From Stegostoma tigrinum (Eukaryota): a stretch of DNA of 64,000 nt. The translations under genes and the position numbers were made by a program. The stretch lies in assembly GCF_030684315.1 (NCBI RefSeq), contig NC_081369.1, positions 9,772,035 through 9,836,034 on the forward strand. The letters are read 5' to 3'. Below are positions 63,912-64,000 of the stretch, one piece after another (positions within the stretch are counted from its first letter, which is position 1; every line of letters begins with the position of its first letter). The notes beneath the pieces are model-generated. The model ran no database searches and had not been told where the DNA came from. It saw only the letters and a list, made by a program, of their open reading frames with translations.

Positions 63912-64000
63912 GCCTCATGCTCCCAACAGGAGGTGGAACAGTTCATCCACTTCACCAATATGTTCCACCCCAACCTCAAGTTCACCTGGACCATCTCCAA
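63912..64000 (+). mobile_element. PLE RT fragment running off the window
   Basis: EVEQFIHFTNMFHPNLKFTWTIS matches the 62.5 kb copy (EQFIHFNTFPNLQFTWAIS). Confidence 0.75.

Overview
Repeat-rich vertebrate genomic DNA, almost certainly a cartilaginous fish (shark): it carries HE1-type V-SINEs, CR1-type LINEs and abundant Penelope-like elements (PLEs). The taxon is inferred from repeat recognition only. Two spliced loci, both on the minus strand, were reconstructed by hand; most ORFs in the supplied track are spurious or repeat-derived. (1) An open-frame immunoglobulin-superfamily receptor gene at about 7.3-20.8 kb: leader exon, one V exon that already contains a J-like G-strand (NGTGKRLDV) with no recombination signals, a C1-set exon (FYP..W..CxVxH), and an uncharged TM exon with a CCKCC cluster. 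All junctions are phase-1 GT-AG. This is a non-rearranging 'VJ-C1-TM' antigen-receptor-like/SIRP-like gene; its cytoplasmic exons could not be assigned. (2) Directly upstream, a ~35 kb intron-containing OGFOD1 (RPS23 prolyl hydroxylase) pseudogene. Eleven exons are recognisable, with about ten frameshifts, two in-frame stops, two broken splice donors and loss of the catalytic His, but a CpG-rich promoter with ZNF143/THAP11-like and CTCF-like motifs is retained. Two PLE families carry minimal hammerhead-ribozyme cores (CUGANGA..GAAAC-GUH) and have left many short palindromic inserts with mostly 14-15 bp target-site duplications. Other structure: a ~450 bp CpG-rich hairpin in the V-C1 intron, a ~350 bp direct duplication bracketing the TM exon, a 61 bp inverted local copy, and a ~50 bp-unit minisatellite.
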